From contig JBCCHT010000023.1 of NCBI GenBank assembly GCA_039028615.1, forward strand, positions 64,001 to 128,000: a DNA stretch of 64,000 bases, read 5' to 3'. The translations under genes and the position numbers were made by a program. This DNA comes from Myxococcota bacterium. GTDB taxonomy: Bacteria > Myxococcota_A > Polyangia > Nannocystales > Nannocystaceae. Shown here one piece after another: positions 9,507-19,741 of this stretch. Under the pieces are notes generated by a model that saw nothing but the letters and a program-made list of their open reading frames with translations, was not told the origin of the DNA and did no database searches. The first letter of the stretch is position 1. Every line of letters begins with the position of its first letter.

Positions 9507-12500
9507 ATGGACATCGACGAGCCCACCACCGCCCCGCTGTCGACGGAGGCCGAGCACCCGGGCCCCTCGGGGACGCCTCAGGGGCCGAGCGACCTCGATG
9601 CCGAGGCGGTGCGGGCCGCCGTGTTCCGCGATCTGTTTCCACGCCGCTTCGACCGGGTGCTCCTCGGTCGCTACACCCTGCTGCACAAGCTCGGTGAGGG
9701 CGGCATGGGGGTCGTCTACGCCGCGTACGACGACGTGCTCGACCGCAAGGTCGCGGTGAAGTTCATCCACACTCGGCAGGCCCATCGCAGCACGGCCCAG
9801 GCGCGGCTGCTTCGCGAGGCCCGGGCCATGGCTCGCGTATCCCATCCCGCGGTGGTCACGGTCTTCGACGCGGGGCGTACCGACGAGCACGTGTTCATCG
9901 CCATGGAGTTCGTGGAGGGGCGCTCGCTGTCCAAGTGGATGGAGGAGGGGTCTCACCCCTGGCGGGACGCCCTGTCGCTGTTCATCGCGGCCGGTCGCGG
10001 GCTGGCGGCCGCGCACGGAAACGGCGTGGTGCACCGCGACTTCAAGCCGGGCAACGTGCTCATCGATAGCCACGGGCGGGCCAAGGTTGCGGACTTCGGC
10101 CTGGCCGGGCTCGAGGCGGGCGAGCCTCGTCCCATCGAGAGCACCAAAAACAGCGAAGCCGAGTCGGCCCTGACACGAACGGGGGCGGTGATGGGCACGC
10201 CTGCGTATATGGCTCCCGAGCAGTTCGCTGGCGAGGCGGCGACGCCCGCCTCCGACCAGTTTTCGTTCTGTGTCGCGCTATTCGAGGCGCTGTTCGGGGC
10301 CCGCCCCTTCGACGGGCAGAGCCTGCGCGCGCTCGAAGCCAACGTGAAGGCAGGCCGGCTGCTCTCCCCCCTGCCCCCCGCCGAGGTGCCCACGCGGCTG
10401 AAGGACATCGTCATGCGAGGGCTGTCGAGCTCGCCCTCGGAGCGCTTCGAGTCCATGGAGCAGCTCGTCGCCGCCCTCGAGCAGTCTCGCCGTGGTCGCT
10501 GGCAACGACCCTCCACGGTGGGGCTGGCCGGGGTCGGCCTGGGGAGCCTCGCGTTGCTCGGCGGGCTGGCCTTGCAGGAGCCGACGACGAGCCCGTGCTC
10601 GGGTGGCCGTCAGCAACTCGAAGGGGTGTGGGATCCCGAGCAGCGGCAGCGGATGGTCGATGCTCTGTCCGCCGTCGATCGTCCCTACGCCGAGGGCACC
10701 GCCACCGGGGTCGCCGAAGGCCTGAGTACGTACGCCGACGCATGGGTCGCGGGCTTCGAAGATGCCTGCCTGGCCACCCGCGTGCGCGGCGAGAGCTCGG
10801 AGACCCTGCTCGATCGCCGCATGGGCTGCCTCCAGGGCCGACGACGCGAGCTTTCGGCCCTGGTCGACGTCCTCGCCGAGCCCGACCCTCGAGTCCTCCG
10901 CGGAGCGGTCGAGGCCGTCGAGTCGTTGCCCGCGGTGCAGCGCTGCGACGACATCGACTACGTGCTGGCCGAAGTGCCACCGCCGGGCGCCGAGCGGGCC
11001 CCGGCCATCACCGCGGCCGAGGTCGAGATCTCCGAGGTCCGGGCCCGTCGACGGGCCGGCCTCTACGACGCCGCCGCGACCAAGAGCGCGAAGGTGCTCG
11101 AGCAGGCTCGTACCTTGGAGTATCGCCCGCTGGTGGCCGCCGCCCTGGTGGAGCACGCCGCGGTGCTCGAAGGCCAGGGAAACTACGCCGAAGCCCGCGA
11201 GCACTACCAGCGGGCCTACGCGGTCGCCGACGAAGTCGGCGCGGACGAGCACCGCCTCGATGCCGCGCTCGGGGTGGTCACCGTGACCGCGCAGCACCTG
11301 CGGGAGACCGACGCGCTGCAGCCCTGGGACGCCCTGGCCCCGGCCGCGTGGCGCCGGATCGGCGAGCCTCCGTTGCGCGAAGCCGATCTTCGCCTCGCTC
11401 TGGGCACCGGGTCCTATCTGCGGGGGAACCTCGACGATGCGATCGAGCAGCTTCGCCGCGCGCTCGAGGTGGTGATGCGAACTCGCGGCTCGGGCCTGCA
11501 CGCGGCGAGAGTCCGAGGCCAGCTGGGCACCGTGCTCTCCGACAACAGCGAGCGGGAGGCGGCCGAGGTGCAGCTGCGGCAAGCGCTGGACATTCGGCTG
11601 GCCGAGCAGGGCCCCGACCATCCCGACGTCGCCGCGGCCCATCGTGAGCTGGGCACCTTGCTCATGCTCGGAGACGACCCCGCCCCGGCCGCGGCCAGCC
11701 TACGCGAGGCGCTGCGGATCCAGCTCGAAGCTTTGGGGTCCGAGCACCCGGAAGTCGCGATCACCCGCAACCAGCTCGGTCGGGTGCTCCAGCTCCAGGG
11801 CGAACTCGAGGCCGCGCTGTCCGAACTCCGCAAGGCGCAACAGATCGCCGGCCAGAGCCTCGGCGGCGAGCACCTCGTGGTCGGACGGCTCCACAAGGAC
11901 ATGGGCAGCGTGCTCATCGAGATGGGTCGCATCGAGGAGGGCCTCGACGAGCATCGACGCTCCCTCGAGCACATGCGGGCGGCGTTCGGCCCCGAGCATC
12001 GAGCCCCGGTCATCGTGCAGCTCAGCTTCGGGCAAGCCCTCGCTGCGCACGGTCGGCACGCCGAGGCGCTCCAGGAGCTCGGGGAGGCGCGCGACGTGGC
12101 GCGCTCCGGGCTCGGGCCCGACGACATGCTGCTGGGCTTCATCCTGCACGGGATCGGCCGCAGCCACGAAGCCACCGGGCAGCTCCAGCAGGCGGGCGAC
12201 GCCTACCGAGAGGCGCTGCGGGTCCGCCGAGCGGTCGAGCCGAGCGACCCGGCCGCGATCGCGCAGAGCCGAGCCTTCCTTGCGCACACGATGGCTCGTT
12301 CCGGGCGCGGGGAAGAGGCGCTCGAACACGCGGAAGCGGCCATGGCGTACCTCGACGACCCCGACATCGGGCCCATGGCTCGGGTCGCCAAGGCCGAGGC
12401 TCGGCTCGGGATGGGTCGCGAGTCGGACGACGCTCTCGCCGTTCTTCGCGAGGTCCGAGCCGCCACGAAGGACCCCTGGCTACGCGCGCGAATCGACGAG

Positions 12501-12527
12501 AGCCTGGCCGGTCCACCCCCGCAGTAG
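9507..12527 (+). CDS. Hanks-type Ser/Thr kinase - TM - Cys domain - TPR repeats
   Basis: GEGGMG, VAVK, HRDFKPGN, DFG, GTPAYMAPE; hydrophobic segment; GPDHP-type TPR repeats. Confidence 0.93.
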   Translation: MDIDEPTTAPLSTEAEHPGPSGTPQGPSDLDAEAVRAAVFRDLFPRRFDRVLLGRYTLLHKLGEGGMGVVYAAYDDVLDRKVAVKFIHTRQAHRSTAQARLLREARAMARVSHPAVVTVFDAGRTDEHVFIAMEFVEGRSLSKWMEEGSHPWRDALSLFIAAGRGLAAAHGNGVVHRDFKPGNVLIDSHGRAKVADFGLAGLEAGEPRPIESTKNSEAESALTRTGAVMGTPAYMAPEQFAGEAATPASDQFSFCVALFEALFGARPFDGQSLRALEANVKAGRLLSPLPPAEVPTRLKDIVMRGLSSSPSERFESMEQLVAALEQSRRGRWQRPSTVGLAGVGLGSLALLGGLALQEPTTSPCSGGRQQLEGVWDPEQRQRMVDALSAVDRPYAEGTATGVAEGLSTYADAWVAGFEDACLATRVRGESSETLLDRRMGCLQGRRRELSALVDVLAEPDPRVLRGAVEAVESLPAVQRCDDIDYVLAEVPPPGAERAPAITAAEVEISEVRARRRAGLYDAAATKSAKVLEQARTLEYRPLVAAALVEHAAVLEGQGNYAEAREHYQRAYAVADEVGADEHRLDAALGVVTVTAQHLRETDALQPWDALAPAAWRRIGEPPLREADLRLALGTGSYLRGNLDDAIEQLRRALEVVMRTRGSGLHAARVRGQLGTVLSDNSEREAAEVQLRQALDIRLAEQGPDHPDVAAAHRELGTLLMLGDDPAPAAASLREALRIQLEALGSEHPEVAITRNQLGRVLQLQGELEAALSELRKAQQIAGQSLGGEHLVVGRLHKDMGSVLIEMGRIEEGLDEHRRSLEHMRAAFGPEHRAPVIVQLSFGQALAAHGRHAEALQELGEARDVARSGLGPDDMLLGFILHGIGRSHEATGQLQQAGDAYREALRVRRAVEPSDPAAIAQSRAFLAHTMARSGRGEEALEHAEAAMAYLDDPDIGPMARVAKAEARLGMGRESDDALAVLREVRAATKDPWLRARIDESLAGPPPQ

Positions 12528-12541
12528 TCCGGCCGCCGCGG

Positions 12542-13516
12542 CTACGCCTCTCGCTGCAGCAACATCGCGTGGAGCGAGAACTCGCAGCGCAGGCGGTCGT
12601 GGATGCGCAACGACCAGGGAACATCGCGATCGCTCCAGCAAAGCCGCATGCGGGGCAACAAGGCCTGCACTCGTGCCTCGACTCCCTCCGCATGGTCATC
12701 GCCCGGAGCCACGTCGGCATCGAGGCGCAGCGAAGGCTCGGTCACCCCGTCGTCCCAGTTGAACGGACTGCTCAGCAACAGCCCCCCCCCCGGTGCCAGC
12801 AAGGCCTGCGCCTGCTGCAACAACACCGCGGGGTGGGTGATCGAGTCGACGAGGTTGAGCGCGAGCACGATGGCGAAGGTGCCCGGCCGCAGCGGCGGCT
12901 GGCGAGCATCGGCGGCGATCCACTGGAGCTTCCGCAGCCTCGCTCGCACCGGCTCGGGCAGCTCGATCCGGCGTCGCGTCCAGCGGTTGGGGGTCGTCTG
13001 CACGGGGAGCCACTGGTCGCTCCCGGCCAAGCTCGAGGCGAACGCGAGCTGGACGATGCTCCCGTCGAGCACCACCACGTCGCGCGAGGGTGGCAGGCAC
13101 AACGCCTCGGCTCCGGTCGCCGCCCCGAGCAACAGCGCGGGGCCAGGAGGAATGGACGGCACCCGCTCCAGCGCATCGGTGATCCACCGCAACGAGGACG
13201 TCGACAACGGCGGCCGAGCCCATTGCCCGAAGTGTGCCCCCCCGAAGATCGCCAAGGACGAGGCCTCGCTCGGGTGGGCAGCGAGGGCTTCGGCAAAGTG
13301 CTCCTGGTCGAGCCCCTCGAGGATCTGCTCGGTGGCACCGAGTCCGGCGGCGGCGTCGTCGTCATCCAGCAGCACTGCGACGGAGGGGCCATCCCCCACC
13401 GAGACCGATGGATGGCGGATTCCACAGCCCGGGCACGTCAGCTCGACATCCAGCACCCGCTGGTGGTCAGGGCGGCAGCGAGGGCAGACAAGCTCCACGC
13501 CCGAGGCCTCAGCCAT
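12542..13516 (-). CDS. Class I SAM-dependent methyltransferase-like protein with N-terminal CxxC..CxxC
   Basis: LVCPRC..CPGC; LLLGAATG; ADARQPPLRPGTF..LNLVD; LLAPGGGLLLSSPFNW. Confidence 0.7.
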   Translation of the reverse strand: MAEASGVELVCPRCRPDHQRVLDVELTCPGCGIRHPSVSVGDGPSVAVLLDDDDAAAGLGATEQILEGLDQEHFAEALAAHPSEASSLAIFGGAHFGQWARPPLSTSSLRWITDALERVPSIPPGPALLLGAATGAEALCLPPSRDVVVLDGSIVQLAFASSLAGSDQWLPVQTTPNRWTRRRIELPEPVRARLRKLQWIAADARQPPLRPGTFAIVLALNLVDSITHPAVLLQQAQALLAPGGGLLLSSPFNWDDGVTEPSLRLDADVAPGDDHAEGVEARVQALLPRMRLCWSDRDVPWSLRIHDRLRCEFSLHAMLLQREA

Positions 13517-13561
13517 CGCCGATGAACGCTCCGAGCATTGCGCGTGAACGTAGCACGGCGC

Positions 13562-16411
13562 TCATTCGAGCCGATGCGTCTCGAGCCACTGCTCGAACGC
13601 GGCGAGCTGTGCGGTGTGCTCTCCGGGGGAGGCCCGCAACACCGCCGCGGCATCTTCGACCAATGCCCGGCCGCGAGCTCGATCTCGCTGGTCGCCTTCG
13701 ATATCCCACAAGATGGCACCGAGCATCTGGCCCACGTTGCCTCGGTCGCGAGCGACGACGTCTTCGCGACCGTAGAACCGAGTCCAGGTCTCCTCGGCGA
13801 GCGCGAGAGCGGGCTCCAACCGACCCGCACTCACCATCGCAGTCGCCAGGCTGTCCCGTATCTCCGCCATCTTTGGATGATCTGGCCCCTGGGCGTCCTC
13901 CCAACGAGCCATGACCTCTCGGTACTCCGACTCGGACTCCGCGTGCTTGCCTTGCTCCGAGAGCGATTTGGCGAGCGTGAGCTGCACGTCCACGACGTTG
14001 GGGTGACCGGGGTCCATCACCTTCTCCATCGACCTCAGCACGGCTCGATACTCGAGCTCGGCCTCGGCGTCCTTGCCGGCTGCGCTGAGCAGGGTTGCGA
14101 GGTTGTGGCGCGCCCCCAGGACATACGAATGCTCCGGTCCGAGCGAGCGTTCCCACGATTCCAACGCGGCCCGAAACTCCGCCTCCGCCGGCTTGCCCTG
14201 CTGAGCGAGCACGCTGGCGAGGTTGTTGCGGGTGAGCGCGACCTCGGGGTGGTCGGGGCCCACGAGTCTTTCCCTGAGCACCAGCGCCTGTCGGTACAGG
14301 TCCTCCGCCTCGGCGAACTTCTGCTGGCGCTGCAAGGCGATGGCGAGCTGGATCTGCGCGGTCGAGGTCCTCCGCTCTTCGAGCTGAAGCTCGCCCGGCG
14401 GTCGCTCGAGCACCGCCCGGTACTCGGCCTCGGCTTCGGCGTACTTGCCTTCGATCTCGAGCACGCTGCCGAACAGGATCCTCGACCACGCCTCGCGACG
14501 GGGATCGCCACGCACCAACCCCTGGACCAGCGGCCAGTAGCGACGCGCTTCCGAGCTCCGCCGCTGACGCTTTCCCACGAGCGTCATCATGCGTATCGCG
14601 GCATCGGCGAGCAGCTCGCGGTACCAGCCCTCGGTCGCGCGCTGGAGAGCGACTTCGTAGGCCTCGCCGGCCTCCTCGTAGTCGCCCAAGACCTCGAGCA
14701 CGTGCCCCTCGAGGAGCTTCTGCTCGACGAGGATCGGGCCATAGGTCACGTCGGAAAGCAGCGCAGCGGCGGCTTCGGCCTCGCGCTGCGCTGCGTCGTA
14801 GCGCCCCGCCAGTCGCTCCGCTCGCACGCGGGCGAGTCGCTGCTGGGCCCGCGCCACCACCTCGGCTTCTTCGGGGAGCGGGGGCTCGACATCGGCCTCG
14901 AGCGCGTCGGTATCCGAGCAGCGCGACAGCGGCCGCAGACCCGCGACGAGCTTGTGCGCCTTGTCGACGACCTTGGTGTCCGCGTTGGCCAGCGTGTCCA
15001 CCGTCGCGCCGAGATCCACCGAAGCACGGTGCAAGCACGCCATGCGCAGATCGAGCAGGCGCTGCGACTGCTCGCGACGCACCGCGGTCGCCTCACACGC
15101 CTCGGTGTGCAGCGTCACCCAGGACTCCGCGTAGTCGTCGAGCACTCGCCCGGTTCGGGTCCACACGTCTTCGACGTAGGGCCGCTCGACCGCCGTGAAC
15201 GACGCTTCCACCTCGGCCCGACGGGCCTCGTCCCAGACCCCCTCGAGCTTCGCCCGCGCCCCGACGCAGGGCTCGGCGCGACGATTGACCCAGCCATGAG
15301 CCGCGGTGCCCCCCAGGCCCAGCACCGCCACCCCCAGCAGACCCAGGGTCCAGACCTGGCGGCGCCGCCCGGGGTCCAACCGCAGGGCGCCGAGCAGGAC
15401 GTCCATCGAAGGCCATCGCTCCGCTGGCACCGCTGCCAGCCCGCGTCGAAGCGCATCCGTGACCGCGCGCGGCAACGCAGGCGCCCCCGATGGCCAAGGC
15501 GGCGGACCCTCGAGCTTGGCGAGCAGCAGCTCCTCGAAGGTCGTGCCCGCGAACGGTCGAGTCCCGGTCAGCCCCTCCCACAACGCCACACAGAAGCCGT
15601 ATTGATCGCTGTGCTCGTCGACCGCCGTGCCCTCGTGCTGCTCCGGCGACATATAGGCCGGAGTCCCGACCACCACTCCCGCCTGGGTCAGCGCCTCGAA
15701 CGTCGACGAGGCGGAAAGGTCCGAAGTGTCGTCGACGTCGATGTCTTCGGCTGCGCTCGACTCGCGGGCGAGCCCGAAGTCCAGCACCTTCACCACCCCG
15801 TCCTCGGTTCGCATCACGTTGTGGGGCTTGAAGTCGCGATGCACCAACCCCGCCCCGTGGGCCGCCGCCAGCCCTCGGCCGGCTTCGACGTAGGCCGCCA
15901 GGAGGTCTTGCCACGGCGGGCTGGACCGCTGCCAGTCGCCCAGACTCTCGCCGCGCACGAACTCCATCGCCACGAAGACATGACCTTCGCTACGACCCAC
16001 CTCGTGCACGGTGACGACGTTGGGGTGCGAGAGCCGAGCGAGGGCTTGCGCCTCCCGCCACAGCCGCTGCTCGTCCTCTTCGCGGCCCAGTCGATCGACG
16101 CGGAGCACCTTGATCGCGATCTTGCGGTCGAGGTGCGGATCGTAGGCCGAATACACCAGGCCCATGCCGCCCGCCCCGAGGCGATCGAGCATCGTGAAGC
16201 GACCCATGCGAACGACGGCCAAGCCCTCGCCCTCGCCCTCGCCCTCGCCCGGCAACGAGTCGAGCCCGTCCTTGGCCGTGTCGTGCCCGGGGTCGTCGAC
16301 GGGGCGGGTCTGTTGCTCCCACCGCGCGCCCCCAACCGGCGCCGCGGCTCGGGTGTCCTCGTCGTCGAGTCCCGCCGACGGTGGCGCGCTGTCGTCATCC
16401 CCTGGCGCCAC
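13562..16411 (-). CDS. Ser/Thr kinase - TM - Cys domain - TPR repeats
   Basis: GAGGMG, IAIK, HRDFKPHN, DFG, GTPAYMSPE; TPR repeats. Confidence 0.93.
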   Translation of the reverse strand: MAPGDDDSAPPSAGLDDEDTRAAAPVGGARWEQQTRPVDDPGHDTAKDGLDSLPGEGEGEGEGLAVVRMGRFTMLDRLGAGGMGLVYSAYDPHLDRKIAIKVLRVDRLGREEDEQRLWREAQALARLSHPNVVTVHEVGRSEGHVFVAMEFVRGESLGDWQRSSPPWQDLLAAYVEAGRGLAAAHGAGLVHRDFKPHNVMRTEDGVVKVLDFGLARESSAAEDIDVDDTSDLSASSTFEALTQAGVVVGTPAYMSPEQHEGTAVDEHSDQYGFCVALWEGLTGTRPFAGTTFEELLLAKLEGPPPWPSGAPALPRAVTDALRRGLAAVPAERWPSMDVLLGALRLDPGRRRQVWTLGLLGVAVLGLGGTAAHGWVNRRAEPCVGARAKLEGVWDEARRAEVEASFTAVERPYVEDVWTRTGRVLDDYAESWVTLHTEACEATAVRREQSQRLLDLRMACLHRASVDLGATVDTLANADTKVVDKAHKLVAGLRPLSRCSDTDALEADVEPPLPEEAEVVARAQQRLARVRAERLAGRYDAAQREAEAAAALLSDVTYGPILVEQKLLEGHVLEVLGDYEEAGEAYEVALQRATEGWYRELLADAAIRMMTLVGKRQRRSSEARRYWPLVQGLVRGDPRREAWSRILFGSVLEIEGKYAEAEAEYRAVLERPPGELQLEERRTSTAQIQLAIALQRQQKFAEAEDLYRQALVLRERLVGPDHPEVALTRNNLASVLAQQGKPAEAEFRAALESWERSLGPEHSYVLGARHNLATLLSAAGKDAEAELEYRAVLRSMEKVMDPGHPNVVDVQLTLAKSLSEQGKHAESESEYREVMARWEDAQGPDHPKMAEIRDSLATAMVSAGRLEPALALAEETWTRFYGREDVVARDRGNVGQMLGAILWDIEGDQRDRARGRALVEDAAAVLRASPGEHTAQLAAFEQWLETHRLE

Positions 16412-16565
16412 CAGGAAATCTTTTCATCGATACCCGTGCCTTGGCAACGAAGCACCATCGCGCCAGAGGTCTCCAGCGGGACGTCGTTTTCTTCGCCCTC
16501 CCGCGAAAAGGCCGGGTCCCCTCGGAGACCCGGCCCGTGCTCGAGATCGATGGGAGGTCTCGAGG

Positions 16566-17135
16566 CTACTGGACGGCCTCGATCTCGATGGTCACCGCGT
16601 CGTCGCTGAAGTTGGCGGCACGAAGACCGCGGGAGAAGTAGTCGGCGTAAAAATCTACCGTCCACGTCAGGCGTACTTCGGCCGCGGGCTCCTCACCGAA
16701 GTACTCGAAGCGCATCCGCTGGGGCTCGGCGCAGCTGCGACCCGAGCCGCCCCAGTCGTCGTCGAGCCGAAGATCGAACGCGAGGTCGTCACCATCCTCT
16801 CCCCATTCGTCGATCTGTTGCGGAGCATCGAGATCCAGTTGGTCTTCGAAGCGCTCTTCGTCGCCCCCCTCGAGCAGGCCTCGGAGCAGACCGCCTCGCT
16901 CGCCCCCCGTGACCTCGACGTCCGCGTTCACGAAGATGGTGGTACTGCTGATGCTGTCGACGCGACGGGGGATGTCCATGCACACCGTGACATCGAACTC
17001 GGCGATTGAATCGGCCGCGGTCATCGTGACTTCGGGGCCTTGCACTTGCTGGTGGACATGCGGCGGCGAGCAAGCAGCGGCCGCCAAGAGCATTCCGCAC
17101 AACAACGACCGGGGATTCAGCTCGAGCATTTTCAT
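16566..17135 (-). CDS. Hypothetical lipoprotein
   Basis: MKMLELNPRSLLCGMLLAAAAC lipobox-like N-terminus; acidic, beta-rich body. Confidence 0.6.
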   Translation of the reverse strand: MKMLELNPRSLLCGMLLAAAACSPPHVHQQVQGPEVTMTAADSIAEFDVTVCMDIPRRVDSISSTTIFVNADVEVTGGERGGLLRGLLEGGDEERFEDQLDLDAPQQIDEWGEDGDDLAFDLRLDDDWGGSGRSCAEPQRMRFEYFGEEPAAEVRLTWTVDFYADYFSRGLRAANFSDDAVTIEIEAVQ

Positions 17136-17332
17136 CGTGATCCGGTAGTGCCCCGAAGGACGTCGACGATCAGGACAATAATCAACAATTTCAGATCGTT
17201 GCAGTCCGCAACACCGCGACGGATCGGGGCATTGCAAAGTGCAACGACGCCGCGTCCGAACGGAACGCACTGGTCCGCCCACGGACGAAATGGCGCCACG
17301 TCGGTGATAGGGTCCGCGCAAGGTACGAAGAC

Positions 17333-18166
17333 ATGCTCTACGCATTGATTGGCGTTCCCGTCGTGGCGGTCTTGGGGCTGTTCGTCTACCTGGGCTGGCG
17401 GATCGACCGACCGCCTTCGGGGACCGCACGGCAGATCCGCGCCTCCGAAGGTCACCCCGTGCTGCTGTGCCTGGGGGACTCGATCACCCACGGCAACCTG
17501 GGGGGAAACTGGGTGGATGGGCTGCGCACTCGCTTCGCGGCCAGCGGAAGACTCGTGGCCAATGCGGGGATCAACGGGCAGCAGGCCTGGAACGTCGCCC
17601 AGCGTCTCGACCGCGAGCTTTCGTGCAAGCCGGATCTGGCGTGCCTGATGATCGGCAGCAACGACGTGATGGCCGCGGATCGGCCCGACCGCGCGGCGGC
17701 CTATGTCAAGCAGAACGAGCTGCCGCGCACGCCCGATCTCGAGTGGTCCCTCGCCGAGCTCGAGGCCCTGGTGCCGCGCATCGTCGCCGCGGTGCCTCGG
17801 GTCGCCCTGTGCACCATCCCGCCGCTCGGCGACGACGACCAGCAACCCATCGCCGCCCTCGTAGCCCGCTACAACGACCGCGTGCGAAGCCTCGCCGAGC
17901 AACACGGCTGCGTCCTGCTCGACGTGCACGAGGCCATCGTGCCGCTGCTCTCGGACGCCAAGACGGCCTACCAGGGCGCGCAGAAGACGGTGATCCGCCT
18001 GGTGGGCAAGGTGGCCGCTCATCACTATCTGATGAACAAGAGCTGGGACGACATCGCCCGGTCGCTGGGCTACGGGGCCACGGCCGAGGGCATCCACCTG
18101 TCCGACACGGCCGCCGCCCGGGTCGAAGAGCTGGTCGCGGGATTCGTTCGCGACGCCGAGGCTTGA
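17333..18166 (+). CDS. Membrane-anchored SGNH/GDSL hydrolase
   Basis: GDSIT, NAGING, IGSND, GIH blocks; N-terminal TM. Confidence 0.88.
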   Translation: MLYALIGVPVVAVLGLFVYLGWRIDRPPSGTARQIRASEGHPVLLCLGDSITHGNLGGNWVDGLRTRFAASGRLVANAGINGQQAWNVAQRLDRELSCKPDLACLMIGSNDVMAADRPDRAAAYVKQNELPRTPDLEWSLAELEALVPRIVAAVPRVALCTIPPLGDDDQQPIAALVARYNDRVRSLAEQHGCVLLDVHEAIVPLLSDAKTAYQGAQKTVIRLVGKVAAHHYLMNKSWDDIARSLGYGATAEGIHLSDTAAARVEELVAGFVRDAEA

Positions 18167-18206
18167 CATCCCAGAACCATGGTTTAATAGTTATATAGTA
18201 AACTAT
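18163..18206 (+). promoter_or_regulatory. Promoter/operator of the GntR operon
   Basis: TTGACA at 18163, TATAGT at 18194, inverted repeat ATAGTT-N8-AACTAT (18187-18206) overlapping the start codon; AT-rich island in GC-rich DNA. Confidence 0.65.
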
Positions 18207-18591
18207 GCCGCTCGACATCGAGCTCGACTACGATCGGGGCGTCCCGGTCTACCGCCAGATCTACGAGGCGGTCACGCGTGCGCTCGCCAATGGGCGCCTC
18301 GCCCAGGCGGAGAAGCTGCCCACCATCCATGGGCTGGCGGCTGCTCTGCAGATCAACCCCAACACCGTCGTGCGGGCCTATAAAGATCTCGAAAAGGACG
18401 GCTACATCGTCTCGCGGCGCGGCCGAGGCACCTTTGCTTCGGAGACGCCCAGCGGCGGCAAGGTCTCCAAGCGCGCCAAGGAAAAGGCCCTGCGCAGCAT
18501 CTACGACCGCGCCATGGTCGAGGCGGCACGTCACCAGATCGGACCCTCGCAGGTCGTTCGCTACTTCCAAAAGGCGCTCAACGATGAGTGA
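18205..18591 (+). CDS. GntR family regulator (short, YtrA-like)
   Basis: PVYRQI..KLPT..LA..INPNTVVRAY..RRGRGTF. Confidence 0.92.
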   Translation: MPLDIELDYDRGVPVYRQIYEAVTRALANGRLAQAEKLPTIHGLAAALQINPNTVVRAYKDLEKDGYIVSRRGRGTFASETPSGGKVSKRAKEKALRSIYDRAMVEAARHQIGPSQVVRYFQKALNDE

Positions 18592-19549
18592 ACCGAGCAA
18601 GGGCGGCAGCATTCGGCGTAGCCGCGCCATTTTGCGGGCCGCGTTCCAGACCCTGCGTCGAAATCCCCGACTGGCGTGGTTCCCCATCCTCAGCGGCCTC
18701 GGCATGGTCGCGCTGATGCTCGCGGGTGGGGCCATCGTGGGGCTCGGCACTGCGGTCTCCGAGCACTCCATCAGCGGCGTCGAGTCGGTGGTCGGCGCGG
18801 TGAGCTTCGGCGATCACGGCGACCCCGCGATCACCCGCGCCGCATCCATCGGCGGCATCTTGCTGTTCGTGGGCGGCCACCTGCTCATGGTCGGCATCGG
18901 CGTGGCCATGACCCACGCCGCGCTCGAGGCCCTGGCCGGCCGCCCCTGGTCGGTCCGTGGCTCCCTGCGGGTCGCGAGCCAGCGCCGTCGGGCCGTGGCG
19001 ACCTTTGCGTTGATCCAAGCGGTGGTCAGCCACGTGCTCCGCGGCGGTGGGTCCCGCAAGGGCAAGCGTGGGCGTCGGCGCAGGCCGGGGCTATTTCGCC
19101 GGCTGGCCCAGTTCGCCTGGTGGGCCCTCACTTACCTCGCCTTGCCGGTCATCGCCCGCGAGGGTCGGGGCGGCATCGCGGCCATCGAGCGCTCGGCCTC
19201 GCTGCTGCGCGAGACCTGGAAGGAAACCGTCGTCGCCCGGCTCACCCTGCGATGGCTGTGGGTGCCCGCCATCCTCCTGTCCGTCGTGCCCGTGGTGCTC
19301 TGCGCCGCCCTCGGCCTGCGCGACCCGGTGCTGCTCACCGTCACCGTCGCCATTCCCCTGTTCGGCCTGGGTGTGCTCGGTCTCGTGATCCACACCCTCG
19401 ACGGCATCTACCGCGCCGCGCTGTACACCTATGCCACCGAAGGCGTCGTCCCCGAGGCGTTCGTCCACGACGACCTCGACGAGATCTGGGAAACCCGGGT
19501 CGCCACCGGGGAGGTCATCGACGCCGAAGAAGTCGATCGCGAAGACTGA
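18584..19549 (+). CDS. Polytopic membrane protein (DUF6159-like)
   Basis: Several TM helices, ERSASLLRETW, IYRAALYTYATEG; overlaps the GntR stop. Confidence 0.7.
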   Translation: MSEPSKGGSIRRSRAILRAAFQTLRRNPRLAWFPILSGLGMVALMLAGGAIVGLGTAVSEHSISGVESVVGAVSFGDHGDPAITRAASIGGILLFVGGHLLMVGIGVAMTHAALEALAGRPWSVRGSLRVASQRRRAVATFALIQAVVSHVLRGGGSRKGKRGRRRRPGLFRRLAQFAWWALTYLALPVIAREGRGGIAAIERSASLLRETWKETVVARLTLRWLWVPAILLSVVPVVLCAALGLRDPVLLTVTVAIPLFGLGVLGLVIHTLDGIYRAALYTYATEGVVPEAFVHDDLDEIWETRVATGEVIDAEEVDRED

Positions 19550-19741
19550 TCGACACACCAGTTCCGTCCGCTCGCATCACCGTCACATCGTGCCCTCCCG
19601 CTGCGGGTCGACGACCGGCAGCGACGGCCGGGCGCCCACATGCCCTCCAAACCGGGGCGTCCGTCCTCGATGTGGCGTGATGCGAGCCCCCTTTCGAGGT
19701 CGTAGCCGCGGGCCGGAGCTGGTACGCTCGTAGGCGAATCG

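Noticed and set aside
16223..16250. Hexamer repeats (GCCCTC)n here and (TGGCTG)n near 34330 as phase-variation tracts
   Set aside because: The units are multiples of three and encode EG and QP linkers, so slippage would not shift the frame.
13538..16609. Very long antisense ORFs (for example 13538..16609+, 51411..54356+, 56114..58708-, 20185..22152-)
   Set aside because: They are shadows of real opposite-strand genes in high-GC DNA and contain no recognisable motifs.
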